From an uncultured Sphingomonadales bacterium (GTDB lineage: Bacteria > Pseudomonadota > Alphaproteobacteria > Sphingomonadales > Sphingomonadaceae): a DNA stretch of 64,000 bases. Location of the stretch: positions 13,681 to 77,680 of the forward strand of contig CAIJLZ010000018.1 of the NCBI GenBank assembly GCA_903821605.1. The letters are read 5' to 3'. The notes under the pieces were generated by a model. It did not search any database. It was not told where the DNA came from and saw nothing but the letters and a program-made list of their open reading frames with translations. Of the stretch, positions 48,513 to 59,996 are shown in pieces. Position 1 is the stretch's first letter; each line of letters opens with the position of its first letter. Made by a program: the position numbers and the translations under genes.

Positions 48513-50984
48513 ATGAATGCCGATTCTGGCAAGAAGGAAGACACGCCCATGACTGTGCCCGTTCCTGATCCCATGACCTTATCCGGTTCTATCCGGTTTG
48601 CAGATCGTATTGTCGACGCGCTGATCCACCGCATCGGCAAGGATGTGCCCAATGCCAAGCCGCATGACTGGCTGGCGGCAACGATCCTCACGGTGCGCGA
48701 TGATGTGATCGACCGCTGGATGGCGTCCACGCGCGCGACCCAGGCGGCGGGGGCCAAGCGCGTCTATTATCTCAGCCTTGAATTTTTGATCGGGCGCTTG
48801 TTGCGCGATGCGCTGTCCAATCTCGGCTTGAACGAGGAGGCCAAGGCCGCGCTTGCGGCGCTGGGGGTCGATCTTGCGGCGATCGAAGAGGTGGAACCCG
48901 ATGCGGCGCTTGGCAATGGTGGCCTTGGTCGATTGGCGGCCTGCTTTATGGAGAGCATGGCCTCGCTGGAATTGCCCGCTTATGGCTATGGCATCCGTTA
49001 TGTGAACGGCATGTTCCGGCAGCGCATCAAGGATGGCTGGCAGTTGGAATTGCCGGAAAACTGGCTTGCTCATGGCAATCCGTGGGAGTTTGAACGGCAG
49101 GAAAGCGCCTATCGTATCGGCTTTGGCGGTCATGTCGATGCCGATCCGTCTGGCACGGTGCAGTGGGAGCCGGGCGAACAGGTGGAAGCGATTGCGGTTG
49201 ATACGCCGGTCGTCGGCTGGCGTGGCAAGCGGGTCAATACCTTGCGGCTATGGACGGCGCGCGCGCTTGATCCGCTGCGGCTCGACGCGTTTAACGCCGG
49301 TGACCATGTCGGCGCGATGACCGATCAAATGGCGGCGGAATCGCTGGTGCGCGTGCTCTATCCGGCGGATTCGACTCCGGCGGGGCAGGAGTTGCGGCTG
49401 CGGCAGGAATATTTCTTCTCGTCGGCCTCGATCCAAGACATTGTTCGCCGTCATCTGCAATTCTTCAAAGACATTCGCACCTTGCCCGACAAGGCGGCGA
49501 TCCAGCTTAACGACACCCATCCGGCGGTGGCGGTGGCGGAACTGATGCGCGTGCTGGTGGATGAGCATCAGCTTGGCTTTGATGAAAGCTGGGATATCAC
49601 GCGGCGAACCTTCAACTATACCAACCACACATTGTTGCCGGAGGCGCTGGAAAGTTGGAGCCTGCCGTTGTTCGAGCGGTTGCTGCCACGCCATATGCAG
49701 ATCGTTTATGCGATCAACGCCAAGATCCTGCGCGAAGCGCGCAAGGCCGACGGGATGGATGAGGCCGCGATTTCGGCGATTTCGTTGATCGACGAGGGCG
49801 GCGACCGCCGGGTGCGGATGGCCAATCTTGCCTTTGTCGGTTCGGCCAAGGTCAATGGTGTGGCGGCGCTTCACACCGAGTTGATGAAAGAGACGGTGTT
49901 CGCCGATCTCCACCGGTTGATGCCGCACAAGATCAATAACAAGACCAATGGCGTGACGCCGCGCCGCTGGTTGCAGCAATGCAATCCGGGTCTGACCCGG
50001 CTGATCCGTGATGCGATTGGCGACAAGTTCCTCGATGATACGGAGGCGTTGATCGGTCTCGACGCATTTGCGGATGATGCCGCTTTTCAGGAACGCTTTG
50101 CCGAGGTGAAGCGAGCCAATAAGGTGGCGTTGACGAACTTCCTGCACCAAAAGACGGGGATGCGGCTCAACCCGGATGCGATGCTCGACGTTCAGATCAA
50201 GCGCATCCACGAATATAAGCGGCAATTGCTGAATATCATCGAGACGGTCGCGCTCTATGACGAGATCAGAAGCCACCCGGAACGCGACTGGACGCCCCGG
50301 ATCAAGCTGTTCGCGGGCAAGGCGGCACCGACCTATCATAACGCGAAGCTGATCATCAAATTGGCGAATGATGTGGCGCGCCGCATCAACAGCGATCCCA
50401 CCATCGGCGATCTGCTCAAGGTGGTGTTCGTGCCGAATTACAATGTCTCATTGGCCGAACGGATCATCCCGGCGGCGGATCTGTCGGAACAGATTTCGAC
50501 GGCGGGGATGGAGGCGTCGGGCACGGGCAATATGAAGTTCGCGCTCAATGGTGCGCTCACCATCGGGACGCTCGACGGCGCGAACATCGAAATCAAGGAT
50601 CATGTCGGTGACGAGAATATCGTGATCTTCGGCATGACAGCCGAAGAAGTCGCGGCCCGGCGCAGCAATGGGTACAACCCGCGCGAGATTATCGAAGGGT
50701 CGCGCGAACTCGCTCAGGCGGTGCAGGCTATTGCCGAAGGGGTGTTCTCGCCCGATGATCCGGGCCGTTTCACCGGGCTGATGGGCGGACTCTATGAACA
50801 TGACTGGTTCATGGTGGCGGGCGATTTCGAGGCCTATGCCGCAGCCCAGCGCGAGGTGGATCGGCGTTGGGTTGATCGCCGGGCTTGGCGTGCGGCGACC
50901 ATCCGCAACGTGGCGCATATGGCGTGGTTTTCTTCCGACCGGACGATCAGCGAATATGCGCGGGATATTTGGGGCGTGCTGTGA
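48513..50984 (+). CDS. glgP: glycogen phosphorylase
   Basis: PLP-lysine motif EASGTGNMKF. An AGGAG lies just upstream of the ATG at 48513; the track ORF begins at 48312, inside the terminator. Confidence 0.92.
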   Translation: MNADSGKKEDTPMTVPVPDPMTLSGSIRFADRIVDALIHRIGKDVPNAKPHDWLAATILTVRDDVIDRWMASTRATQAAGAKRVYYLSLEFLIGRLLRDALSNLGLNEEAKAALAALGVDLAAIEEVEPDAALGNGGLGRLAACFMESMASLELPAYGYGIRYVNGMFRQRIKDGWQLELPENWLAHGNPWEFERQESAYRIGFGGHVDADPSGTVQWEPGEQVEAIAVDTPVVGWRGKRVNTLRLWTARALDPLRLDAFNAGDHVGAMTDQMAAESLVRVLYPADSTPAGQELRLRQEYFFSSASIQDIVRRHLQFFKDIRTLPDKAAIQLNDTHPAVAVAELMRVLVDEHQLGFDESWDITRRTFNYTNHTLLPEALESWSLPLFERLLPRHMQIVYAINAKILREARKADGMDEAAISAISLIDEGGDRRVRMANLAFVGSAKVNGVAALHTELMKETVFADLHRLMPHKINNKTNGVTPRRWLQQCNPGLTRLIRDAIGDKFLDDTEALIGLDAFADDAAFQERFAEVKRANKVALTNFLHQKTGMRLNPDAMLDVQIKRIHEYKRQLLNIIETVALYDEIRSHPERDWTPRIKLFAGKAAPTYHNAKLIIKLANDVARRINSDPTIGDLLKVVFVPNYNVSLAERIIPAADLSEQISTAGMEASGTGNMKFALNGALTIGTLDGANIEIKDHVGDENIVIFGMTAEEVAARRSNGYNPREIIEGSRELAQAVQAIAEGVFSPDDPGRFTGLMGGLYEHDWFMVAGDFEAYAAAQREVDRRWVDRRAWRAATIRNVAHMAWFSSDRTISEYARDIWGVL

Positions 50985-53134
50985 AACCCACCCGCGCCGC
51001 GCTGGATGCCCTGCTCGAAGGGCGCCATGATGATCCCTTTGCCCTGCTCGGCGTGTTCGAGGGGCCAAAGGGGACATTTGCGCGGGCGTTGATGCCGGGA
51101 GCGGAAAAGGCGACGGCCTTTGGGCTGGAGGGCAAGGAACTCGGCGAATTGGAGCGCATCGATCCGCGCGGCCTATTCGAAGGGGCGATCAAGGGCGTGC
51201 GCCAGCCGGTCAAATATCGGCTGCGCGGCTTTGGTGCCGAATGGTGGGTCACCGATCCCTATAGTTTTGGCCCGGTATTGGGGCCGGTCGACGATCTGTT
51301 GATCACGCAAGGCACGCATTTCCGGCTGTATGACAAGCTCGGCGCGCATGTCATTCGCCACGAGGGCGCGGACGGGGTTCATTTCGCGGTCTGGGCACCC
51401 AATGCCAGCCGAGTGGCCGTGGTCGGTGACTTCAACGGTTGGGATGCCCGCTTGCATCCGATGCGGCGACGGCTCGACATTGGGGTGTGGGAAATCTTCA
51501 TTCCGGGCGTTGGGGCAGACTGTGCCTATAAATATGCGATTACCGGGGCGGATGGCACGCTTCAGCCGCTCAAGGCGGACCCGTTCGCGCTTGCCTCGGA
51601 ACTGCGCCCTGCGACTGCCTCGCGCACCACGGCCCCGCTCGCGCATCAATGGGGCGATGCCGCGCACCGGGAATTCTGGGCTAGTCACGACGTTCGCCGC
51701 CAGCCGATCAGCATTTACGAGGTCCATGCCGGTTCTTGGCAACGCGATGAACAAGGCTGGTTTCTGCCATGGGATGCGCTGGCCGACCGGTTGATCCCTT
51801 ATGTGGTGGAAATGGGCTTTACCCATATCGAATTTCTGCCGATCTCGGAACATCCCTATGATCCCAGTTGGGGCTATCAGACGACCGGCCTTTATGCGCC
51901 CTCGGCCCGGTTCGGCGATATTGCCGGCTTTGCCCGGTTCATCGATGGCGCGCATCGCGCGGGCATTGGCGTATTGCTCGACTGGGTGCCGGCGCACTTT
52001 CCGACCGATGCCCATGGCCTGACCCGTTTCGACGGGACGGCGCTGTACGAGCATGAAGACCCGCGCCTTGGGTTTCATCCGGACTGGAATACCGCGATCT
52101 ATAATTTTGGGCGGCGCGAAGTGGAGGCGTTTCTCGTCAACAATGCGCTGTTCTGGGCCGAGCGTTATCATATCGACGGGCTGCGCGTGGATGCCGTCGC
52201 ATCTATGCTGTACCGCGATTATTCGCGCCCAGCCGATCAATGGATTCCCAATGATCAAGGCGGGCGCGAGAATTGGGAAGCGGTGCGCTTTCTCCAAGCA
52301 ATGAACAAGGCCGTGTACCGCGAGCATCCCGGCATCTTTACCGTGGCCGAGGAATCGACCTCATGGCCGGGTGTCACCAAGCCGGTGCACGAGCAAGGGC
52401 TTGGTTTCGGTTTCAAGTGGAACATGGGATTCATGCATGACACGCTGCGCTACATGGCGCGCGAACCGGTGCATCGCCGATATCATCATGAGGATATCAC
52501 TTTCGGTCTGACCTATGCGTTCAGCGAGAATTTCGTCCTGCCGCTCAGCCATGATGAGGTGGTGCATGGCAAAGGGGCGTTGCTGACCAAAATGGCGGGT
52601 GATGATTGGCAGAAATTCGCCAATCTGCGCGCCTATTACGGGATGATGTGGGGCTATCCGGGCAAGAAATTGCTGTTCATGGGGCAGGAATTTGCCCAGC
52701 GCCGCGAATGGAGCGAGGAGCGCGCACTCGATTGGGATCTATGCGCGTCGCCACTTCATGCGGGCGTGCGCCGGTTGGTGCAGGATCTCAACCATGTCTA
52801 TCGCGCGCGGCCTGCGCTGCACGCCCGCGATTGTGAGGCGGACGGGTTTAGCTGGCTTGTCGTGGATGATGCCGAGCGGTCGGTCTTCGCTTGGCTGCGA
52901 CAGGCGCCGGGGGCGGCCCCGGTGGCGGTCATTGCGAACATGACCCCGGTGCCGCAACCGGGCTATCGCCTGCCGCTGCCGCATGATGGCGAGTGGCGGG
53001 AAATCCTCAACAGCGATGCCGCCATTTATGGTGGTAGCGATATGGGCAATCTGGGCACTGTCGTGGCATCAGCCGGTGTCGCGACTGTCACATTGCCGCC
53101 ATTGTCGACGATCATGTTGGAATTATTGGCGTAA
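50981..53134 (+). CDS. glgB: 1,4-alpha-glucan branching enzyme
   Basis: GH13 motifs ([24 protein letters not shown]). The GTG at 50981 overlaps the glgP stop as GTGA. Confidence 0.93.
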   Translation: MKPTRAALDALLEGRHDDPFALLGVFEGPKGTFARALMPGAEKATAFGLEGKELGELERIDPRGLFEGAIKGVRQPVKYRLRGFGAEWWVTDPYSFGPVLGPVDDLLITQGTHFRLYDKLGAHVIRHEGADGVHFAVWAPNASRVAVVGDFNGWDARLHPMRRRLDIGVWEIFIPGVGADCAYKYAITGADGTLQPLKADPFALASELRPATASRTTAPLAHQWGDAAHREFWASHDVRRQPISIYEVHAGSWQRDEQGWFLPWDALADRLIPYVVEMGFTHIEFLPISEHPYDPSWGYQTTGLYAPSARFGDIAGFARFIDGAHRAGIGVLLDWVPAHFPTDAHGLTRFDGTALYEHEDPRLGFHPDWNTAIYNFGRREVEAFLVNNALFWAERYHIDGLRVDAVASMLYRDYSRPADQWIPNDQGGRENWEAVRFLQAMNKAVYREHPGIFTVAEESTSWPGVTKPVHEQGLGFGFKWNMGFMHDTLRYMAREPVHRRYHHEDITFGLTYAFSENFVLPLSHDEVVHGKGALLTKMAGDDWQKFANLRAYYGMMWGYPGKKLLFMGQEFAQRREWSEERALDWDLCASPLHAGVRRLVQDLNHVYRARPALHARDCEADGFSWLVVDDAERSVFAWLRQAPGAAPVAVIANMTPVPQPGYRLPLPHDGEWREILNSDAAIYGGSDMGNLGTVVASAGVATVTLPPLSTIMLELLA

Positions 53135-53157
53135 ACGGGACCTGGGAGAAGCGCACA

Positions 53158-54423
53158 ATGACGGAGAGACGCGGACAACCGCTGGCACGTGACGCCATGG
53201 CCTATGTGTTGGCAGGCGGTCGGGGCAGCCGGTTGAAGGAACTGACGGGCAATCGCGCCAAGCCGGCGGTCTATTTCGGCGGCAAGTCGCGGATCATCGA
53301 CTTTGCCTTATCCAATGCGATCAATTCCGGCATCCGCCGCATTGGCGTGGCGACCCAATATAAGGCGCATTCGCTGATCCAGCATCTTCAACGGGGCTGG
53401 AATTTCATGCGACCGGAGCGGAATGAAAGCTTCGACATTCTGCCCGCATCGCAGCGCGTTTCCGAGCATCAATGGTATGAAGGCACGGCCGATGCCGTCT
53501 TCCAGAATCTGGATATTATTCGCGGGTTGAACACCGAATATATGGTGATCCTCGCGGGTGATCACATCTACAAGATGGACTATGAGTTGATGCTCCAGCA
53601 GCACGTCAATGACGGGGCTGATGTGACCGTCGGCTGTATGGAGGTTGATCGGGCCGAAGCATCCGGCTTTGGCGTGATGGCGGTTGATGCACAGGATCGC
53701 ATCATCGATTTTGTCGAAAAGCCTGCTGATCCACCCGCCATTCCGGGCAAGCCGGATCGCGCGCTGGCGTCGATGGGCATTTATGTCTTCAACACCCGTT
53801 TCCTGTTCGAAATGCTGCGCGCCGATGCCGCCAATCCGGAGTCCAAGCGGGATTTCGGGGGCGATATCATCCCGACCATCGTCAAGGGTGGCAAGGCGGT
53901 GGCCCATCGCTTCGACCGATCCTGCGTGCGTTCATCATCCGAAACCGAAGCCTATTGGCGCGATGTCGGCACGATCGATGCCTATTGGGAGGCCAATATC
54001 GACCTCACCGATACGCTGCCCAAGCTGGATCTATATGACAAAAGCTGGCCGATCTGGACCTATTCGGTGATCACGCCGCCCGCCAAATTTGTGCATGACG
54101 TCGATGGGCGGCGCGGTTCTGCCATTTCCTCGATGGTGTCGGGCGATTGCATTATTTCCGGCTCGACGATCAATCGCAGCCTGATCTTTACCGGGGTGCG
54201 GACCCATAGTTTTGCCGAATTGAATGAGGCAGTGATCTTGCCGCGCTGCACGGTGGGCCGGGGGGCGCGCTTGACCAAGGTCGTGCTGGATCGCGGCGTG
54301 CAGATTCCGGAAGGGCTGATCGTCGGCGAAGATCCCGAACTTGATGCCAAGCGGTTCCGTCGGACCGATAGCGGCGTCTGCCTGATCACTCGCGCGATGA
54401 TTGAGAAGCTGGAGAGCGAATGA
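53158..54423 (+). CDS. glgC: glucose-1-phosphate adenylyltransferase
   Basis: [13 protein letters not shown] motif; 421 aa. Confidence 0.95.
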   Translation: MTERRGQPLARDAMAYVLAGGRGSRLKELTGNRAKPAVYFGGKSRIIDFALSNAINSGIRRIGVATQYKAHSLIQHLQRGWNFMRPERNESFDILPASQRVSEHQWYEGTADAVFQNLDIIRGLNTEYMVILAGDHIYKMDYELMLQQHVNDGADVTVGCMEVDRAEASGFGVMAVDAQDRIIDFVEKPADPPAIPGKPDRALASMGIYVFNTRFLFEMLRADAANPESKRDFGGDIIPTIVKGGKAVAHRFDRSCVRSSSETEAYWRDVGTIDAYWEANIDLTDTLPKLDLYDKSWPIWTYSVITPPAKFVHDVDGRRGSAISSMVSGDCIISGSTINRSLIFTGVRTHSFAELNEAVILPRCTVGRGARLTKVVLDRGVQIPEGLIVGEDPELDAKRFRRTDSGVCLITRAMIEKLESE

Positions 54424-55877
54424 CGCTGCGGGTTCTCTCGCTCGCTTCCGAGGCGTTTCCGCTGGTCAAGACCGGCGGCTTGGCGGACGTAGCCGGGGCG
54501 TTGCCGGATGCGGTTGGGCCTGCGGGTATCGAGATGACGGTCATGCTGCCGGGCTATCCGGTAGTGATGAAAGGCCTGAAACGGGCGAAGCTGTTGCACC
54601 ATTATGCCGATTTGCTGGGCCATGAGGCCCGGCTGTTGCGCGGCAAAATCGGGGTGCATCCGCTGGTGGTGCTGGATGCGCCGGGCCTGTTTGATCGCGA
54701 TGGTGGAGCCTATGGCGACCAGAATGGGCGTGATTGGGCGGACAATTGGTTGCGCTTTGCGGCCTTCGCCAAGGCGGGGGCGGAACTGGCGGCAGGCGTA
54801 GTGGGTGGCGGCAAGCCATTCGATGTGCTGCACGCCCATGATTGGCAAGCCGCCATGGCACCGGCCTATCTCCGCTTTCTGCATGGCGACAAGGGGGTGG
54901 CCCCGAAGTCGGTGATGACGATCCACAATATCGCCTTTCAGGGTCAGTTTGCCCGCACGATCTTTCCGAAGCTCGGCCTGCCACCTGCGGCTTGGGCGAT
55001 GGATGGGGTCGAATATTATGGTGATGTCGGCTTTCTTAAAGCGGGGTTGGAAGCGGCCGATGCCATCACGACGGTCAGCCCGACCTATGCCCGCGAAATT
55101 CGCACGCCCGGCTTTGGCATGGGGCTGGAGGGTCTGATCGTCGCCAAGAGTGATCGGGTGACGGGGATCGTCAATGGCATTGATCCTGCGATCTGGAACC
55201 CGGCGCATGATCCGGCGCTGGCGAAAACCTTTACGGTGCGGACCTTGGCGCGGCGGGTGGCCAATAAGCGGGCGGTCGAACAGGCTTTTGGGCTGGAACC
55301 GGGCGATGGGCCGCTGTTCATCGTGATCAGCCGGTTGACGTGGCAAAAGGGCATGGATGTGCTGGCGGCCACGCTCGACCATCTGGTCGCATCGGGTGGA
55401 CGATTGGCGTTATTGGGTTCGGGTGATGCCGCACTTGAAAATGCGTTTCACCAGGCCGCCGCGCGTCATCCCGGTCGGGTCGCGGTGCGGATTGGCTATG
55501 ATGAGCCGCTATCTCATTTGATGCAGGGTGGGGGCGATGCGATCCTTGTGCCGTCGCGCTTTGAACCCTGTGGCCTGACCCAGCTTTATGCGCTGGCTTA
55601 TGGTTGTGTGCCGGTCGTGGCCCGAACGGGGGGGCTGGCGGATACGGTGATCGATGCCAATGTCGCCGCGCTTGCCGCCGGGACCGCCACGGGCATTCAA
55701 TTCGATGGCCTGACACTCGATAGCCTGTCCCTTGCGATCAGTCGCACGGTGCGGCTCTACCACCAGCCGGAGCGCTGGGGGGCGATCCAGCAATGCGGCA
55801 TGAAGAGCGATTTTTCATGGACGCATAGCGGGCGCGCTTATGCCGATCTTTATGCCCGGCTGTGCAGCCCGGCGTGA
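54420..55877 (+). CDS. glgA: glycogen synthase
   Basis: KTGGLADV motif; ATGA overlap with glgC. Confidence 0.93.
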   Translation: MTLRVLSLASEAFPLVKTGGLADVAGALPDAVGPAGIEMTVMLPGYPVVMKGLKRAKLLHHYADLLGHEARLLRGKIGVHPLVVLDAPGLFDRDGGAYGDQNGRDWADNWLRFAAFAKAGAELAAGVVGGGKPFDVLHAHDWQAAMAPAYLRFLHGDKGVAPKSVMTIHNIAFQGQFARTIFPKLGLPPAAWAMDGVEYYGDVGFLKAGLEAADAITTVSPTYAREIRTPGFGMGLEGLIVAKSDRVTGIVNGIDPAIWNPAHDPALAKTFTVRTLARRVANKRAVEQAFGLEPGDGPLFIVISRLTWQKGMDVLAATLDHLVASGGRLALLGSGDAALENAFHQAAARHPGRVAVRIGYDEPLSHLMQGGGDAILVPSRFEPCGLTQLYALAYGCVPVVARTGGLADTVIDANVAALAAGTATGIQFDGLTLDSLSLAISRTVRLYHQPERWGAIQQCGMKSDFSWTHSGRAYADLYARLCSPA

Positions 55878-55890
55878 TCAGGGCGGGGGC

Positions 55891-57786
55891 ATGAAACAGG
55901 GCGCGCAGTGGCGGGCGGATGTCACCGATTTTGCGGTGATTGCCCGCCACGCGACCCGGCTCTGGCTTTGTCTCGACATAGACGGCGAGGAGCGCCGCAT
56001 CCCGATGGCGCGGGCGGGCGATTGGCACCGTGTCGCGGTTCCCGGTCTGTTGCCCGGTCAGCGTTACGCCTTTCGCGCCGAGGGGCCATGGCAGCCCGAG
56101 GCCGGGCATCGGTATGATCCGGCCAAGTTGCTGGTCGATCTTTATGCCAGCCGGATCGACAAACCTTTTGTCCAAGATCCTCGCCTCGCGACATTTGGCG
56201 CGGATACCGCGGGGTTGGTGCCATGGGCCGTGATTGAACCGCCCTTGCCGGAGGTGGCGGCGGCGGCTGCGCGCTTCCAGCCGGGCGGCCTGATTTATGA
56301 GATCAATGTGCGGGCCTTCACCATGCGCCATCCCGAGGTGCCGCCCGCCATGCGCGGGACGTTGGCCGCCCTTGGCCATCCGGCGGTGATTGATCATCTG
56401 CGGCGCATGGGGGTGGATGCGGTGGAACTGATGCCGATCACGGCATGGATTGATGAACGCCATTTGCCACCGCTGGGCCTGAATAATGGCTGGGGCTATA
56501 ATCCGGTGGTGCCGATGGCGCTTGATCCCCGGCTGGCTCCCCATGGCATGGCCGATCTGCGAACGGCCGTCAGCGCGCTGCATCAAGCGGGGATCGGGGT
56601 GATGCTTGATCTGGTTCTGAACCACACGGGCGAAAGCGATGTGCATGGCCCGACCTTGTCGCTGCGCGGCTTGGATCACCGGCTGTATTATAGCCATGCG
56701 CCGGATGGCCAGCTGATCAACGATACGGGCACGGGCAATACGCTCGATTTCGGTCAAGCGGCGGTGCGGGATATCGCGCTTGATACGTTGCGTCATTTCG
56801 TCCGCCATGCGGGGGTCGATGGCTTTCGCTTCGATCTTGCGCCGATTATGGCGCGTAGCCCCAGCTTTGACCGCGATGCCCCGATTTTCGCGGCGATTGC
56901 CGATGATCCATGGCTGGCCGACCGGGTGATGATTGCCGAACCATGGGATATCGGGCCGGGGGGCTATCAATTGGGGCGGTTTCCCGATCACTGGCTGGAA
57001 TGGAACGACCGCTATCGCGACGATATGCGGCGCTGCTGGCGTGGCGATGGCGGCCTGATCGGGTCGCTCGTGACCCGGATTGCCGGTTCTTCCGATATTT
57101 TTGGCGGGGCACTGTATAGCCGCAGCGTCAATTTCTTGGCGGCCCATGATGGTTTTACGCTGGCTGATCTGGTCAGCCATGAACAGCGCCACAACCATGC
57201 GAATGGCGAGGATAATCGCGACGGCCATGGGGAGAATTTCAGTTGGAACAATGGCGTCGAAGGCCTGACCGATGATCCCGTCATTGTCGCGCGCCGCAAG
57301 GCCGATCTGCGGGCGCTGCTGGCGTTATTGTGCGTCAGTAAGGGCACGATCATGGTAACGGCGGGCGATGAATGCGGGCGGAGCCAACAGGGCAATAACA
57401 ACGCTTATTGTCAGGACAATGGCCTGACATGGTTTGATTGGGCGGGGCGCGACCGTGATCTCGAAGCATGGTTTGGCCAGTTGATGGCGCTGCGCAAGGC
57501 CAGCCCGATCTTGTCCGACCCCGGTTTTTTCCGGCCTGATCAGGTCTGCTGGCGGCGGCCGGATGGCGCGCCTTTTGGCCCGGCAGACTGGCACGATCCC
57601 GCGCCATGCGCGCTGATGGCGGATTTTGGGGATATGTTGCTGCTGATCAATCGCCGTGACGCCGCGCTCGACTTTTTCCTACCACCGGGCAATTGGGTGG
57701 ATGCGATGGATAGCCGGGCGTGTTCGGCCGTTGATGGCGTGACCGCGCGCAGCGTCCGGCTGCTGTCCCGCAAGGAGACCTGTTGA
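55891..57786 (+). CDS. glgX: glycogen debranching enzyme
   Basis: GH13 isoamylase-type motifs (VMLDLVLNHTGE, DGFRFDLA, EPWD). The ATG at 55891 is preferred to the track start at 55840, which lies inside glgA. Confidence 0.9.
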   Translation: MKQGAQWRADVTDFAVIARHATRLWLCLDIDGEERRIPMARAGDWHRVAVPGLLPGQRYAFRAEGPWQPEAGHRYDPAKLLVDLYASRIDKPFVQDPRLATFGADTAGLVPWAVIEPPLPEVAAAAARFQPGGLIYEINVRAFTMRHPEVPPAMRGTLAALGHPAVIDHLRRMGVDAVELMPITAWIDERHLPPLGLNNGWGYNPVVPMALDPRLAPHGMADLRTAVSALHQAGIGVMLDLVLNHTGESDVHGPTLSLRGLDHRLYYSHAPDGQLINDTGTGNTLDFGQAAVRDIALDTLRHFVRHAGVDGFRFDLAPIMARSPSFDRDAPIFAAIADDPWLADRVMIAEPWDIGPGGYQLGRFPDHWLEWNDRYRDDMRRCWRGDGGLIGSLVTRIAGSSDIFGGALYSRSVNFLAAHDGFTLADLVSHEQRHNHANGEDNRDGHGENFSWNNGVEGLTDDPVIVARRKADLRALLALLCVSKGTIMVTAGDECGRSQQGNNNAYCQDNGLTWFDWAGRDRDLEAWFGQLMALRKASPILSDPGFFRPDQVCWRRPDGAPFGPADWHDPAPCALMADFGDMLLLINRRDAALDFFLPPGNWVDAMDSRACSAVDGVTARSVRLLSRKETC

Positions 57787-59348
57787 TGAGCGATCCGAAC
57801 TGGTGGCAGCACGCCGTCATCTATCAGGTCTATCCCCGATCCTATCAGGACAATGGCCATGATGGGCTGGGCGATCTGGGTGGCGTGACGCGCCGCCTGC
57901 CGCATATTGCTGCGCTTGGGGTGGATGCGATCTGGATCTCGCCCTTTTTCCGCTCGCCGATGGCGGACATGGGCTATGATGTGTCGGATTATTGCGATGT
58001 TGACCCGATGTTCGGCACACTGGCCGATTTTGATGCGCTGATCGCCGAGGCGCATCGGCTGGGGCTGAAGATCATCATTGATCAGGTCTTGTCCCATTGT
58101 TCGGATCAGCACCCCTGGTTTCGCGAAAGCCGTTCCAGCCGCAGCAATGCCAAGGCCGATTGGTATGTCTGGGCTGATCCCAAGCCCGATGGCACCGCGC
58201 CCAACAACTGGCTGTCGATCTTTGGCGGCCCGGCATGGGAATGGGATGGGGTGCGCATGCAATATTATATGCATAGCTTCCTCACCTCGCAGCCTGATCT
58301 CAACCTTCATCACCCAGAGGTGCAGACGGCGCTGCTGGATGTGATCCGCTTCTGGCTGGATCGCGGGGTGGATGGGTTCCGGCTTGATGCAGTGAACCAT
58401 TATTTTCACGATGCCCAGTTGCGCGACAATCCGTCGCGCCCGCCGAGCGATGCGCATGATGTGCCCGAAACCAATCCCTATGGCTTTCAGGAGCATCTCT
58501 ACGACAAGACCCAGCCGGAAAATCTCGATTTTCTGGCGCGGTTGCGTGGCGTGCTCGATGCCTATCCGGGGCGGGTCGCGCTGGGCGAGGTGGGCGATGG
58601 CGACCGGTCGCCTGCCACGGTGGCGCTCTATACCGCCGGCGATGCGCGGCTGCATTGCTGCTATACCTTCGATCTGTTCGGGGTGCGCTTTGATGCCGGG
58701 CTGATCCCCGAGGTGTTCGCCCAATTTGGCGAGACGGCTTTTGCGGGCAAGGCGTGCTGGTCCTTTTCCAATCATGACGTGGTGCGCCATGTCTCGCGCT
58801 GGGCGCAGCCGGGCGATGACCCGGTCGCGCTCGCGAAGCTGGCAATCCATCTGCTCGTCGCGCTCAAGGGGCCGGTCTGCCTGTATCAGGGTGAAGAACT
58901 CGGCCTGCCCGAGGCCGACATCGCCTTTGAAGACCTGCGCGATCCTTATGGCATCCGTTTCTGGCCCGCCTTCAAGGGGCGCGATGGGTGCCGTACCCCG
59001 ATGATATGGGAAGCCGATGCCCCCTATGCCGGGTTTTCGGTGGCCAAGCCGTGGTTGCCGGTTCCTGCGGCGCATCTTCCGCTCGCGGTCGACCGGCAGC
59101 AGGACGATCCGCATAGCGTGCTGACGGCCTATCGCGCCGCCATCGCCCTGCGCCGCAGCCATCCGGCGCTGGCCTTGGGCAGCATCACCTTCCTGCCGCA
59201 GCAGGGCGAGTTGCTGGCCTTTATCCGCGAGACGGCGGGCGAACGCCTGCTCTGCCTATTCAATTTCGGCCGCAAAACCGCGACATGGGAGGGTGAGGCT
59301 GCACGGCTGACCCTGCCGCCCTTCGGCTTTCATATCGCGCGGGGCTGA
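57783..59348 (+). CDS. alpha-glucosidase (GH13, oligo-1,6-glucosidase-like)
   Basis: WWQHAVIYQVYPRSY, DGFRLDAVNH and GEV motifs. The start is either the TTG at 57783 or the ATG at 57786, which shares one base with the glgX stop. Confidence 0.88.
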   Translation: MMSDPNWWQHAVIYQVYPRSYQDNGHDGLGDLGGVTRRLPHIAALGVDAIWISPFFRSPMADMGYDVSDYCDVDPMFGTLADFDALIAEAHRLGLKIIIDQVLSHCSDQHPWFRESRSSRSNAKADWYVWADPKPDGTAPNNWLSIFGGPAWEWDGVRMQYYMHSFLTSQPDLNLHHPEVQTALLDVIRFWLDRGVDGFRLDAVNHYFHDAQLRDNPSRPPSDAHDVPETNPYGFQEHLYDKTQPENLDFLARLRGVLDAYPGRVALGEVGDGDRSPATVALYTAGDARLHCCYTFDLFGVRFDAGLIPEVFAQFGETAFAGKACWSFSNHDVVRHVSRWAQPGDDPVALAKLAIHLLVALKGPVCLYQGEELGLPEADIAFEDLRDPYGIRFWPAFKGRDGCRTPMIWEADAPYAGFSVAKPWLPVPAAHLPLAVDRQQDDPHSVLTAYRAAIALRRSHPALALGSITFLPQQGELLAFIRETAGERLLCLFNFGRKTATWEGEAARLTLPPFGFHIARG

Positions 59349-59846
59349 TCAATCGGGCAAATAGGCCGATGCCTGTTGCAGGCGCTGGCCATGTTCCACT
59401 TCTTCCCGGCCATTTTGCTTCAACAGCGCAATGACATCGGGATGGTCGAAGCTGGCGGCAATGCCATCATAGAGCTGTTCGCCCGCCAATTCCCCGGCGG
59501 CCAGCCCGGTCAGCCCGGATTTGGTAACCGGCATCGGCGGCAGCGCGGTGTAGAGCGGATTATCGGCAATCGGCGGAATGGGGAAGGGCTCGCCCGTCAG
59601 GATTTCGAGTGCTTGGCTGATGCGATGTGCATGGACCATTTCCTCGCGCCCATTGGCGATGAGCAGGGCCTTCACCTCGGGATGATCGGTGCGGGTGGCG
59701 AGATCCTCATATAATTCCATGCCAAGCGCCTCGACCAGCGCGAGAATTTTCAGATCATCAACCGTCGCGCCATTGACGAGATTGCCGACATAGGCAAATG
59801 CATCACCCGTCGTCTTCGGGGCATTTGCGGGTAAATTCCAAGCCAT
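59349..59846 (-). CDS. ferritin/rubrerythrin-like di-iron protein (internally duplicated)
   Basis: The ATG at 59846 is preceded by GAGGAGA with a 7-nt gap. Two homologous halves: ELYEDLA..HPEVKALLIANGREEMVHAHR and QLYDGIA..HPDVIALLKQNGREEVEHGQR, each carrying E...ExxH. Confidence 0.65.
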   Translation of the reverse strand: MAWNLPANAPKTTGDAFAYVGNLVNGATVDDLKILALVEALGMELYEDLATRTDHPEVKALLIANGREEMVHAHRISQALEILTGEPFPIPPIADNPLYTALPPMPVTKSGLTGLAAGELAGEQLYDGIAASFDHPDVIALLKQNGREEVEHGQRLQQASAYLPD

Positions 59847-59996
59847 GTGTCCGTCTCCTCGATGCTTGTTTTGCCGTGTTGTGCATGAGTTGAGGGCAGG
59901 GGACAAGCGACCCAAACCGCGCGTGGCCGCCCCCATCGCCATCGGGGCGAAGGGCGTGGCCGCGATAATGGTCGAGCGATCCATAGGAGATGAGAC

